This document shows, piece by piece, positions 39,025 to 52,495 of a DNA stretch of 64,000 nucleotides. Source of the stretch: Octopus sinensis. Its lineage: Eukaryota. The position numbers and the translations under genes are program-made. Each line of letters starts with the position of its first letter. Positions within the stretch are counted from its first letter, which is position 1. The stretch spans positions 28,254-92,253 of the forward strand of contig NW_021833016.1 of the NCBI RefSeq assembly GCF_006345805.1. Direction: 5' to 3'. The notes under the pieces are model-generated. The model searched no databases. It was given only the letters and a program-made list of their open reading frames with translations, and had not been told where the DNA came from.

Positions 39025-39299
39025 GTAAGATTGATAAAGTGTGTTTATCAACCCTTGATAAACACACTTGTAGGAAAAGCGTCTTACATGTGTGTCTTTT
39101 TCTTATTGAAGATGTTATCGGACTGCTGCCATTTCTTATCGGTCAAGCAACGACGTAAAGGTTCATTTTTGGATCACATTACACATGTCCTGAAATAATT
39201 ATTCTTAAAATCATTTAATAGGTAGTCGTGTCATCTTATCTTAAATCTGTAATGTATATCTGCCTAACTTTCGTCATTTTTCCTAAACAGCAGGATGCT

Positions 39300-41100
39300 T
39301 GATTGAAAGCGATTTAGTTGTTATTTCTAAGATGTCTACCAACCACATAAGGGCTACCTTTCGGTTTGTATTGTGCGGATCACTGGTTTAAAGCAATATC
39401 TCTCCCAGTATGGCGATTTGGAAAAATGCTAGGGCTCCCCGAAATAACTTATTTTTAAACAAAATTTAATAAAAGGAAGAATAATCTACGGATGGAACGC
39501 AATTTATATTTATTTCTAATATCATATTATTACATAACGTTTATATGACCAACTTCTCTCTCTCTCTCTCTCTAAAATAATACGTGCTTCTTATTAAAAG
39601 CAGTGTGGCAACAAGGTTTCAATGCCAAAATGCTTGGAAAAGTCGTTCGAAGGTAACCGCCTTGAAATACTATATTTTCAATTTCAATGAGCAAACCTTT
39701 ACATTTTCTGAGCTTTGCGTATTCTTTTTCCGAGATATTATCACAGGGAATACTCATGTCGATCAATAAACAGACATAATTGTTTTTGTCTTCTACAATA
39801 TCCGCTTTATTAGCTATGATGATTTGGTCTGTATATAATGGAAAGTCCGCAAGTATCGTTACATTTTTTTTTTACCTTAGTAACAATTTCAGGGTGGGGC
39901 TTATACCACTTGTCAGCAGTTTTGATTTTATTATGCCGACATATCAACCAATGTAGATATTGACCAATTCTGTTATGTCCTGATTTATACTCTATTGGTG
40001 CTGAGACTACATACAGAGCTTAGGTGGTCAACTGTTTCAATCACATCATTGCAGAATCAACATTTTGGATCTACTCCATTTTACATCGCATTGGGTCTGT
40101 AGTACCGGGCCAATATGCTTTGATCTTGAGTAGCTGAGAGTAAGCCTTGCTCTCTGCTTTCAGCCCTGAGCTTCGTAGCCACTAATGGGTAGCTTCTGGT
40201 CAATAGCTGCTTCTTTGCTATGTGTCACATATTTGTCATGGAGTGGTTTCATCTCCCACCTATAAGCCGACTACTCATGCTTCTTTTTTCAACTAATCTC
40301 ACTTTTTTTGTAACAATAGTTGCCACACGTCTCCCCAGGTCGTTCAACCTGGGCATAATGGATGTGATCAATAGCAAATTCTTGCACAAATTTAGAGGTG
40401 AAAGTGATTTACCATTGAAAATAACACAGTTGACGTTCATATTATCTGCAGATAGTGCTCCATTAGAGTGATGTAATTAAAGATTCGTATTCCTCAATGA
40501 CATATGCTTCAAGAAATTTGAAATTACATGGGTACTTTTTTCCTAATTCTCATCTTTTACTCTTTCGGGACTTTCTTATTTATCCTTCCATCACCCAATC
40601 GTCTTACAGTATTCTTAGTTAATTATGTCTCTCATTATTCCACAGTGTTGTAATGAACTTTCCTGGTAGCAATTAGCACAAAGCATTTATCTATAGCAAA
40701 CTGCATTCCATTATATTTACTGTAGAGAATTACTGTTTGGGTAAAAATAATCCAGATCTTACTAATTTTCTGTATATAGCTAGAGATCATCCATTTAAAG
40801 TGGTTTATTTTTATCTTAGTTTTCGCAAGCGGGACTGAATTTTCTGAGTATACTTTCAGTGGAATTTACATAATGAGGAAGTGTAAAGGAGAGAATGAGT
40901 CTCCATGTAAAATGACCCTGCACATTTTCACGTTTCTTTGCGATTCATTTGGATATGTCAGTTCTACCTCCCATACTCGCATTGCTTTTTCCAAAAAGTT
41001 GTTTATTCAAGTGACCTATGACATTCCAAGAGCCAGCTGTGAGGGATAATATTCTAAGCCTACCTGAAATGTATCTATGCAACATCTAAATCCCTATTCT
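39300..41100 (-). mobile_element. Degenerate R4/Dong-like element (RT to RLE)
   Basis: Minus WLRSSGLKAE (about 40150-40190), IDMSIPCDNISEKEYAKLRK (39572-39766), KVALM near 39350. Confidence 0.75.
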
Positions 41101-41428
41101 CACTCATATTTTTTTTAATATTCTACCAATACTATATATCTATCTATCGATATACATTCACTGCTTTCTTCCAAGGAATCTAGTGCTGTTACATTAGTTT
41201 TTTCTTGTGGCTGGATAGATTGGAGTAATCTCGAGTATAACTATCCGAAATTGCAAAGATAATCTGGAACTCGAATGAGGAAAGAAAACTTCCTTTTTTA
41301 TCCTCTTCCCCTTTTTTTATCATCTGTCGGGATGTTTTGCGTGCCTGCCTCATCTTTTGTATTCCTTTTTATATACATATGGCAGTGTACGTACACTTTG
41401 GTCTCTTATATGTAGGTAAACACACACA

Positions 41429-41462
<34 letters not shown>

Positions 41463-42249
41463 CGACTTTCTTATTCTTCATTTGATCCTTCTTTTTATCA
41501 GCCCCTTCACAATTACTTCGTTCTTTCCACATCTTTCTTTCGTTCCCCCTCTCTCACATTTCCTGGCTTTCTCTTCATTCTCACGTTCCCTGCTCTTTCA
41601 ATTCGCTCTGTCCTTTTTCTCGTCCTTCCCTAATTCTTCTATCCCTCTACCTCTACCTCTGTCCTCCCTCTCCACGTGACCGGTGTTTGGCCAAGCCTGA
41701 TCTTTCTTTCTTGGTTCGACTACCATCCGTGCAACATCTATATTACTCCTCATTTTTGTCGTCTCTTACATCCTTGCCATAAAGCTTCACTTCCACACAC
41801 GCCAATTTAATTTAATTCCTCCTTAGTCGAAAGACACCTGTTGTTAATGACCTGTTATTTGCATTTGTATTTGTGTACCATTTCTCCCTTCTTTTCCGTC
41901 CTTGTTTTCGTATACCTTCGCTGCTTTCTTCCAAGAAATCTAGTGCTCTTAGCTTAGTTTTTCCTTGGAGCTGGCCAGATTGGAGCAATCTCGAGTATAT
42001 CCAGCCGAAATTGCAAAGATAATCTGGAACTCGACTGAGGAAAGAAAACTCCGAGCAACCCGTTTTTTCTTGTCCGTTTTTTGTATCATCTATCTGGATG
42101 TTTTGTTGTCCCTTTTTGTATCATCTAGCTCTCTGGATGTGTTGCTTTCTGGTCCCATCTTTGTATTCCTTAGATCAACAGTTAAACTCGATTTCTTTCT
42201 TCATTCTCTTTGCTCCTCTGACAATAGATCCACCTTTAATTATATGCTT

Positions 42250-42905
42250 CATCTGGTGTGAGGCCGCTTAATGTTTCTTTCCTGAATAGTGGTAAGCAAA
42301 TAATAGGTCAATAATTGCTGACTTCCCCTCTCTTTTCATAGTCATTCTAGATCAGTACTCTCCTTCCTTTTGTCATCCATGCTGGTGTTCCATTTTTTTA
42401 TGCAATGAGTAAAAAATGGTCGTATATAGGTGTGTATACTTGGAAAGTTTTAAGCCAGAAACAACGGACACCATCTGTCCCAGGGTATTTCCAGTTTGGA
42501 ATTTTCTTCAACATACTCTTTAGTTTCTTATCCGTGATAGTTATATTTCTTTGTGTCCTTATATCTTCCATTTCTCCTTAAAATCCCTAAATAGAATTTT
42601 CTTGCTGTTTCAGCATCTGACATATTGTTTCCCTAATTTATTTAACTTTGTTCAGTTGTTTTATAGAATTTTTCTTCATTGTTCTTGAAGAGCCTATTCT
42701 TCTGTCACTGATGTGTTCTCTGTTGGCATCTATAATTTTTTCTCCTTCCTTGATTTGGTTTCTTTGTTCTCGTTCTCTAACTGTTTGCTGTTCCTTATGA
42801 CTTTTGCTGATTCTTCGCCGTCCGTTCCTGAGCCTTTCTTTCAACCTCTCCTTTTTATCATTGTATTTATCCATCCTAAAACTCTTTTGAGCTGCACAAT
42901 TTGAT
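42250..42905 (-). mobile_element. RLE-LINE fragment (pre-RT region)
   Basis: Minus PGTDGVRCFWLK...PAWMTKGRSTLI, homologous to PGHDKIPNFWLK...PEWLTKGKTILI in family A. Confidence 0.7.
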
Positions 42906-42915
42906 TCTCAGGCTT

Positions 42916-42985
42916 CCTTCTTCTTCTTCTTCTTCTTCTTCTTCTTCTTCTTCTTCTTCTTCTTCTTCTTCTTCTTCTTCTTCTT

Positions 42986-43032
<47 letters not shown>

Positions 43033-43041
43033 GCTACTACT
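42916..43041. repeat. (CTT)n-(CTA)n compound microsatellite
   Basis: Direct reading. Confidence 0.95.
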
Positions 43042-43540
43042 TCTAGGTCACAGAAAGGTCACAGAAAACGAGAAAGCAACAATACTCTGGTATATGCCAA
43101 TACACACAGATAGATAAATTAAGGCAAATATGCCAGATATACTTGTCAGAGATCATGACGCTAAAAAATGCTTTCTTTTTGATGTATCACTACCAGCAGA
43201 TGACAACGTTTCTCTAAAAGAAATGGAGAACTTTAGAAATGCGAAGATCTGGAAATAGAGGTAACTTGAATGTGAAATCTAAAAACAGAAATAATTCCTA
43301 TCTTAGTGGGCGCATTAGGTATGACAAAAAATATCCAGACAAATACATAAAAAAAACACCAGGACTTACAAATTTGTATAACGTACAGTATGTTGCACTA
43401 CTGGGCACTGCACACATCCTACGCAAAACACTTTCAATACAGTAACCATAAGAGCATCACAACAAACCACTGCATATACCCAAGGCACACAGATCTGTGC
43501 TCGGAAGTGAAATGAAAGCACATTATAAAAATAAAATACT
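43042..43540 (+). mobile_element. Dong-like family A 3' fragment with (TAA)n tail
   Basis: Matches 54930-55417 including the 3'UTR; followed by (AAT)n 43541-43635. Confidence 0.85.
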
Positions 43541-43566
43541 GAATAATAATTATTATGATGATAATC

Positions 43567-43608
<42 letters not shown>

Positions 43609-43635
43609 TAATAATAATAATAACAATAATAACAA

Positions 43636-44862
43636 TGAAGATTGCTACAATTGGCCTAGACACCTACCAGAAAAACTCTGAGGACTGGATGTTAAAACTT
43701 GTCTCAAAACATGAAAATATGAAAGCATCATACTCAGTCACAAAACAGGCAAAGGAATATCTAAGTGAATTCCGAATACAACCAATTTCGGAATTAGAGA
43801 TAGATATACAAGAAACAAGCACAGAAAAAGCTAGGCGCATGAAAACCCGTGCCAAAACTGCGGCCTTAGATATTCTGAATAATAAATGGCAAGAAAAACC
43901 TCTCTATGGCAAATACCCAAAGAGAGCGAATAATGCAGATATCGACAAAGCCCTGACCCATCAATGGCTAATGGCCTCTGGCTTAAAATCTGAAACAGAG
44001 GGGTGTATCATAGCAGCTCAAGATCAATGCCTACCAACAAGAAACTACCAGGCCAATATATTAAAGATCAGAAGCAGTCCAACGTGTCGTGTATGCAAGC
44101 AACAAAATGAAACCATTGACCATGTGGTCTCCAAGTGCAGTCTTCTAGCGCCTACAGAGTATCTCAACAGGCACGATAGAGCTGCACAATATAATCACTG
44201 GGTAATTTGTAAAAACCTGGATTTGCCCCATGAAAAAAACTGGTGGGAACACAAACCACCCCCAGTGCTTGAAAATGACCACATCTCACTCCTCTGGAAC
44301 TTCACCATTCAAACTGACAGGAAGATAGATGCAAATAGGCCAGACATCATATTGAAAGACTTCAAACAAAGAACATGCCTCCTCATTGATATGACTGTCC
44401 CAATCGATATAAACGTATCTGTCAAGACCTACCAAAAACTGAGCAAATATAAAGATCTTGAAATAGAAATCAGCAAAATGTGGAAGCTGAAGACTAAAAC
44501 AATACCTGTTGTCATAGGTGCCCTGGGAATGATAGCAAAAGGGGCTGATAGCTATCTAACTCAGATACCAGGAAACCCAAAAATGGCAGAAGTTCAAAAG
44601 ATAGTGCTCATGGGAACTGCTCATATCCTACGCAAAATACTCTCTATGTAATCTCAAGGTTTAAAACAAACATAATTTTCGGTTTAAAAAAAAAAAAAAA
44701 AACCTTTTTTTTTTAGACATTCATTAGTACAACATCCCCACCCCCAAATATATGGCACACTAGGCATAACAACAACATGAACTTCCAACCCTGTTGTCTC
44801 TTGAGGTCTCTGGGTGAGACTTGGAGCCAACTTGTACAAATATAAAGCAAAAGTCAAACATA

Positions 44863-44865
<3 letters not shown>
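43636..44865 (+). mobile_element. Dong-like family B 5'-truncated copy with open CCHC + RLE frame
   Basis: CRVCKQQNETIDHVVSKC, RPDIILKD...LIDMTVP...KLSKYKDL in ORF ending at 44651; 3'UTR then (AAT)n 44866-44937. Confidence 0.9.
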
Positions 44866-44937
<72 letters not shown>

Positions 44938-44939
<2 letters not shown>

Positions 44940-45750
44940 CAACAAAATGAAACCATTGACCAAGACAACAAAAAGAGGACAATTGATCAAAACAACATAA
45001 TGAAAGCATTATTCAAAACAACAAAATGAATCCATTTTTCAAAGTAACAAAAGGAAGCCATTGATGAAAACAACAAACTGAAACCATTGATCATGTTGTC
45101 TCTTTGTACGCCTACAATGTGTCTCAATAGGCATGATAGAGCAGTACGATATATTCAATGGCTAATTTGCAAAAACTTTGACCTACCCCAGGAAAAAAAC
45201 TGGTGGGAACACAAACCACCTCTAGTGCTTGAAAATGATCACATCTCAATGCTCTGGTACTTCATTCAAATTGACAGAAAGATAGACGTGAATAGGCCAG
45301 ACAATATATTGAAACGCTTCAGACATTGATATGACTGTCCCAATCGACATAAATGTATTTGTCAAGACCAACCCAAAACTGGGCAATTATAAATATCTTG
45401 AAAGGGAAATTGCTGAATTACGGGACCTCACGACTAACAGAAATGTGTTGTCATATTAATAACAAAAGTAGCTGATTTCTACATAGCTCAGATACCAGAA
45501 AACGCTAAAATTGCAGAAATTACAATGATAATGCTCATGGGAACTGTTCACATCCTTCGCAAAATACTGTCTATGTAATCTCAAATTTAAAACAAACCTA
45601 TAAAACATTCTCTAGAACTACACCATGTACAAAATCAAATGTATGACAACCTAGGCATAACTCTTAACATGAACTTCTAACTTGCTCTCTCGTGAGGTCT
45701 CTGGGTGAGACTTGGAATCAACTTGTACGAATACAAAGCAAAAGTCAAAC
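44938..45750 (+). mobile_element. Dong-like family B 3' fragment preceded by a 26-bp minisatellite
   Basis: RLE remnant and family-B 3'UTR; six tandem units at 44938-45092; (AAT)n tail at 45751-45843. Confidence 0.85.
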
Positions 45751-45843
45751 AAATAATGATAATAATAATAATAATAATAATAATATAATAATAATAATAA
45801 TAATGATAATAATAATAATAATAATAACAACAACAACAATAAC

Positions 45844-47075
45844 AAAACTCATACTAAAATTCAACTCCAAAACTTCCATGGAAGCCATTAACATCCTGGC
45901 ACTTCCAGTAGTCCAGTACAGTTTTAACATCATTAAAAGGAATGTTGCAGAACTCCATTGCCTGGACAATAAGAAAAGGAAACTCCTAACATCTAAAAAT
46001 ATGCGCCACCTGGAAGCAGACGTTGATCGTCTGTCCCTACCTAGAAGAAATGGGGGAAGAGAAATGATGCATGTAGAACTGTGCTATAAGTCCTCCACAA
46101 CAGCAATGAACCAGTACTTACCAAGTACAGAGGACTGGATACTGCGGCTAGCGTACGTATACGAAAGCAGCAAAAAATCACATTCTATTGTCGAAGCTTG
46201 CAAATTTTCAAATTCGAATTAATCCTGAATTGGGTGAAGAACTTGGAACCACTGCTACCAAATAAGCAAAATGGATCAAACAGACTGCAAAAAAGAACGG
46301 GTGGAAACAGATTTAGGAGCAGTGGCGCAAACAAAGCCTCTGCATGGACAGTATATAATTTGAAGCCGAAATGCTGATGTAGACCAAGTAACAACCCATC
46401 AGTTGGGTTCAGGAGAAGTTCAGGACTGAAAACAGAAACAGGTGGTTTCATATTAGCGACACAATGTTAAAGCATGCTTACCAAAATCTAACGTTCTTCA
46501 AAACAGTGCTGACTCTAAATGCACATTCTGCGATAAATTTGATGAAACGATAGACCATGTCGTCTCGGGATGTCCTGTGCTGACACCAAGCGAATACATA
46601 AATCATCACGATAGTGTAGGACAGTATTTACACTAGAAAATGTGTAAATACTACAAAAGCGGCAGTCCTGCTTGTTGGTAGCAACATCATCCTGAGTCAG
46701 TCGTTGAAAGTAGAAACGTCACTATCGTCAGCGAGTTTTCAGTCAATAGCGACTAATCCACCAATCATAGTCATTAAAGACTAGGACGAAAATACTTGTA
46801 GACTAATAGATGTAAGGGTTCCCACGGATGTAAATATGTATGTAAAAGAATTTAAAAATTAAGTAAATATAAGGACCTGGAAATTAAAGTACAAAAGATA
46901 TGGCATCTTAAAGCAAGAACTCTTCCTGTAATTGTGGGTGCCCTAGGTATGATAAGAAAGGGATGGGAGAGATATCTAGATATTATCCCAAGAGAACCAT
47001 GTCTCAGAGATATCTGAAAGATTATGCTAAGTACAGCTTACATCCTTAGAAAGACCCTATGAATTTAAATGTTTG
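45844..47075 (+). mobile_element. Degenerate RLE-LINE fragment (late RT to endonuclease), a third family
   Basis: AINILALPVVQYSF, RLSLPRRNGGR, CHF-CDKFDETIDHVVSGC, VIVGALG. Confidence 0.8.
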
Positions 47076-47227
47076 TGTTGTATTACATGAAGATATTGTT
47101 TAGTGCCCCTGCCACTTCCCCTCTCCAAGCTTTCATTCATATTGTAACATCTCTTATCCTTCATTCACCCTAGGATTGTGGGTATGTCTCAGCAAGTGAT
47201 AGTAACAAACATGCATATTCAAAGTAA

Positions 47228-47260
<33 letters not shown>

Positions 47261-47329
47261 TTGATGATGACGATGACGATGACGATGATGATGATGATGG
47301 TGATGATGGTGATGATGGTGATGATGGTG

Positions 47330-47410
<81 letters not shown>

Positions 47411-47600
47411 CAAGTGATGCTGCTGCTGCTGATGATGATTATGATGATGATGATGATGCTGATGATGATGATGCTGATGCTGCTGCTGCTGCTGATGATG
47501 ATGATGATGACGGTGATGATGGTGATGATGGTGATGATGGTGATGATGGTGATGATGGGGATGCTGTTGATGATGATGATGATGTTGATGATGGTGATGT

Positions 47601-47635
<35 letters not shown>

Positions 47636-47850
47636 GTGGTGATGATGGTGATGATGGTGATGATGGTGATGATGGTGATGATGTAGATGATGGTGATGGT
47701 GATGATGATGATGATGATGGTGATGATGATAATGATGATGATGATGATGATGATGGTGATGATGGTGATGATGGTGATGATGGTGATGATGGTGATGATG
47801 GGGATGATGTTGATGATGGTGATGATGATGATGACGATGATGATGATGAC

Positions 47851-47906
<56 letters not shown>

Positions 47907-47915
47907 CGACGATGG
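47228..47915. repeat. About 690-bp imperfect (GAT/ATC)n trinucleotide array
   Basis: Direct reading; GGT, GAC, GTT and GCT variants; internally duplicated blocks. Confidence 0.95.
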
Positions 47916-48699
47916 TGTGAAACATGTGCGATAAACTCATGGTAAATCAACTTCGGAAAGTTTAGAAATTATTAAATATATAAGTGGAACAAATCAATAA
48001 GTACGCAAATTGATTAATTGCGGATACACACGAATGTCTACACAATCATATATACATTTTAATACCCATAGGACTACACATATACACCAATGTTTATACA
48101 ACTGTGTGAAATTTACAGGACACATACATGCATATGAAAGGACGAGTCACAAACGAAGCAAAAAGACATACATTTTTTATTTTATTTTTCGAACTAAGAC
48201 AGAGAGAGTTAGTTCATATATTTCATATATTTAAAAACACCACAAAAAACTGTGTCCGGAGATAAATCTATCAACAAAAACAATACAGATGTAACCAGAT
48301 ATGTTATGCTAAAGAAGCTACGTTACGAGCAATGTTTTCATTCAAAGAACTCGGAGGCGGTGTTGTCTCAAAAAATTAATCCCTAAACAGACATATCTGC
48401 TTCCTAATGTCGACGTCCAAGCTCGTCATGCTACAATGATAATAAAGTAAAATACACACCAGATCCGCCTTCACCCGTATAAACAAGGGTCGTGTAACCC
48501 AGTGAGGAACCAGATCGAATATTAAAATCAGCTACTGGTTCAAATCTTCCGAAACACAGACGATGGAAGTACCTCACAACTGGAATATTCCAACAGATGG
48601 CCATCCACGCTCGTCATTTAATAACCAAAAGAAAAAGAATGCAAAATGTTCTAGGAGAGATAATAAAGAATTCTTAAGGCCTTCTATCATGCAAATATA

Positions 48700-51600
48700 T
48701 CTAATACTAAACAAACCTACCTAAGGGGGAGACGGAAGCAGCTAGAAGTAAGACCCTATATATAGGCTGTAACAAATTTGCCAACATTGGCAGAAAAAGG
48801 AAATTACTAATTGAATTAGAGATTGAAAAAAAGAAGCAATCAATGAGGGATAAAGGCAACGAAAATGCAGCCAGAGAAGATACTACAGAGGAAATAATTA
48901 TAGACCAGTCCAGGTTTGATAAAAATGCCGTAATGATTGAAAGAGTTAATGTACGCAAAGTGAATTACTTTCTGAAACAACCATAAACACTAAGGCAGAT
49001 GAAAATCAAATAGATGAACAAAGTCATACAGAAATTGACCCAACAGAACTACATGATATAAAATATCAAATCATGATTGAATGGCTGAAAACTTTAAAAA
49101 ACAGCATGAATGAATGTGACACTCTCCCAATAATTCGCAAATCTAACCAAAAACTGAAAGGAATTGTTGCACCTAAGGATTTACTTTTAGCCAATGATGT
49201 TCATATTACAGATTCAACCACCTGTACTATGCATCCGCGAAAATTTCAACGATTCTATGTGGTCAAAAGATTAGAAAACGACAACATTCCCACAAAAAGC
49301 CTAGATTCTTCTTGGACAACAACATGTTTCAAAATAACCCAAAACAGTTTTATAGAAAGATAGGGAAAGCACCAGTTACAGTAAAGTCTGTCCCATCAAA
49401 AGAAGAAGTGCAGCAGAAGAATCACACAGTGAAAAGTCCCTTTAGATTGATAGAATATCTGCAGACTTAGACTCATTAGAAGAGTAAAAGTGGGAGGGTA
49501 TCAAGGCAGAAGATGTAAGATCTGCTCTTAGGAAGTTAAGCAAATGGAAATCTCCAGGAAAGGATAAAATTCCTAAGCTCTGGCTGAATGCCTTTCCAGA
49601 GAGCTATGAATTGCTAACAAAACTTTACAACAATGTTTTGAAACAACCTAGTATGATCCCCTCTTGGTTAGTTAATGGTATAACATTCACATTACTAAAA
49701 AATGAAGAAACAAATGAACCAAAACATTATTGACTCATCACCTGCTTAACAATAATGTATAAAATACTAACATCTGTCTTGACTCAATATACCTATAGTC
49801 TTTTAATATAAAGTGGTATATTACCTAATGGGCAAAAAGGATTTAAATGTTTGTTTTATGGTTATAAAGATCAGCTACTCATCAATGAGATGAACGACTG
49901 TCACAAACGACACAAAAACTTGTCGATAGTGTGGGTAGACTATAAAAATCTTTTAATAGTCTACCACATAGCTGGATTAAGAAATGTCTGGAAATGTATA
50001 AAATAGAAGCTACTCTGCCAAACGTCTTGTCTGTATGAGATCATGGAGAAACACACTGACATTAAACAGTGATAATGAATCTCTCAATGCTAGAGATGTA
50101 AGACATTCATTTGGCATTTTCCAGGGTAACAGGGTAACTCTCTATCACAGCTACTCTTTTGTCTAGACTTAATACCTCTCTCGAAATTACTCGATGGTGT
50201 ACAATGCGGCTATAAAATGTTTGATAAAAGTATAAATCATCTCATTTACATGGATGATTTAAAGCTCTTCGCAAAAACTGACCAACAACTTAATAGCGAT
50301 TGGTAAACGATTCAGTGATAACATCAGGATGCGATCTGGGGTCGCTAAATGTGCAAAAGCTACTTTTATCTAAGGGAAAATGACAGAAACATCAAACGTT
50401 ATTCTTGACCAGCTGAATGTCGTAAAGGATTTGGACCCAGCGGGGGGCTACAAATAGCTAGGGGTATTTTAATGCGATGGAGTCAAACATTGAATAATGA
50501 GGGAAAGTATCAGAAGAGAATGTTATCGCAGGGTAAGGGCAATACTCAAGACAGAGCTGAATGCCAGAAACAGAATCGAAGCGTTCAATACTTTAGCCAT
50601 GCCGGTCGTGGCTTACAGTTTCAAAATCATCAACTGATAAATTATTGGAATATATAATCTTGACAGAAAAATACGAAAATTGCTGACAATGCATAGAATG
50701 ACTCACAATAAGATAGATATTAAACAACTTTACCTGGCAAGAAAAGAGGGTGGTCTTGGGTTTTTACAACTGGAACTAACAATGGAGATTGCCACAGTCG
50801 GCCTAGACACCTACCTGAAAAAATCTGCTGACTGGATGTTAAAACTTGTTTTAAAGCATGAAAACAAGAATGCATAATTACTCAGTAACAAAACAGGCCA
50901 AGGAATATCTAAATGAATTCCAAATACAACAAATCCTAGAATTAGACGTACTGGAAACAAGCACAGAAAAAGCTATGCGTATGAAAACCCTTGGTAAAAC
51001 TGCTGCCTTAGATATTCTTACTGATAAATGGCAAGAAAAAACACTCAATGGAAAATACACAATGAGAGCTAATAGTGGCAATGTTGACAAAGCCCTTACC
51101 CATCAATGGCTAGTGTCTTCTGGATTAAAGATAGAAACAGACGGCTTTATCATAGAAGCCCAAGATCAATGCCGACCTATAAGGAACTACTATGCCATTA
51201 TTAAAGAACGACAGCAGTAGCCCAACAATACTGCTTATGAAAGACAACAAAATGGACCCATTAATTATGTTGTCTCCCTGTGCGGTCTTCTTGCGCCTAC
51301 ATAATATCTCAACTGGCATGATAGAGCAGCACAATATATTCTCTGGGAAATTTTCAAAACCCTGCACCTGCCCCATGATAAAAACTGATGGGAACGCAAC
51401 CCACGTACAATGCTTGATAAGGTTCACATCTCAATCATCTGGACCTTCATCATTCAAACTGACAGAAAGATAGATGCAAATAGGCCAGACATTTTATTGA
51501 TAGACTTCAGATAAAAATCATGCTTCCTTGTTGATATGACTGTACAAATCGACATAAATTTATATGTCGAGATCCACCAAAAACTGAGCAAGTATAAAGA

Positions 51601-51975
51601 TCTTGAAATAGAAATTAACAAAATGTGGAACCTGAAGACTACAAAAAATACCAGTTGTCATAGGTGCCCTAGGAATGATAGCAAAAAGTGGCTGATTCCG
51701 ACGTAGCTCAGATACCAGAAAACCCCAAAATAGCAGAAATTCAAAAGATGGGAACTGCTCATATCCTACCTAAATTACTGTCTATGTCATCATAAATTTT
51801 AAAACAAATATATAATTTTCTTGTTTTCTTAAACATTCTCTAGAACAATACTATGTGCAAAACCAAATATATGACACCTTAAGCATAATGCCAATATGAA
51901 CTTCTAACTTGTTGTCGCTCAAATTCTCTGGTTGAGACTTTGTGTCAATTTGTACAAATACAATGCCAAAGTCAA
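48700..51975 (+). mobile_element. Long, heavily degenerate Dong-like family B copy
   Basis: N-terminal region, WKSPGKDKIP, degenerate WIDYK-type motif, YMDDLK, RLE remnant and family-B 3'UTR in order; the 5' end may extend toward 48000. Confidence 0.8.
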
Positions 51976-51999
51976 GCATAATAATGTTGAATAATAATT

Positions 52000-52372
52000 A
52001 GAGAAGATATCCGAAGGCCGGATATAGTAACATTTAGGAGGGAAAAGCAAGATTGACTAATAATTGATGTGGTAGTGCCAGGAGATCAACATATCGTCAT
52101 GAAAGAAAGAGGAGAGATTGATAAATATGGAGACTTGGGAAGGAATTGAGATCGCTAAGTTGGGGCAACCAAGAGAGTCAAGCATAAAGTTTATCCCTGC
52201 TGTCATCCGACCATTTGGTTCAATACCACCCAATCTGAAAAAAACTTTACAAATATCCTACAATGTATATCGGCATTACTTGGAACTGCAGGCATACTGC
52301 GTAAAATACAGTCTGTCTGAGGTCCCTGTTGGGACATGACAAACAGTACAAACCCCTGGTAGACACAATATC
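52000..52372 (+). mobile_element. RLE-LINE 3' fragment of another family
   Basis: RRPDIV...IIDVVVP remnant; followed by (CTA)n-(TAA)n. Confidence 0.6.
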
Positions 52373-52413
52373 TTCACTATATTGTATACTGTGTGACGTC
52401 TATACTACAACTG

Positions 52414-52449
<36 letters not shown>

Positions 52450-52495
52450 ATTCTACTACTACTAATAATAATAATAATATAATAATAATAATAAT

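Noticed and set aside
39291-39390. Candidate second exon of the PAN-like gene after a good CAG acceptor
   Set aside because: The in-frame reading stops after about 33 codons with no PAN or lectin motif, and it overlaps the 3' end of a minus-strand LINE.
43497-43635. N-terminal extension of the 384-aa ORF
   Set aside because: It is read-through from the previous element's 3'UTR and TAA tail, not part of the protein.
44938-45092. CRISPR-like array
   Set aside because: The units are contiguous with no spacers, derive from the adjacent LINE, and the DNA is eukaryotic.
47170-47950. 243-aa poly-His, 256-aa poly-Ile and poly-Met ORFs
   Set aside because: A trinucleotide array stays in frame by slippage. 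Variants do fall mostly at the His wobble position, but there are no splice signals or unique coding flank, so I treat it as a repeat.
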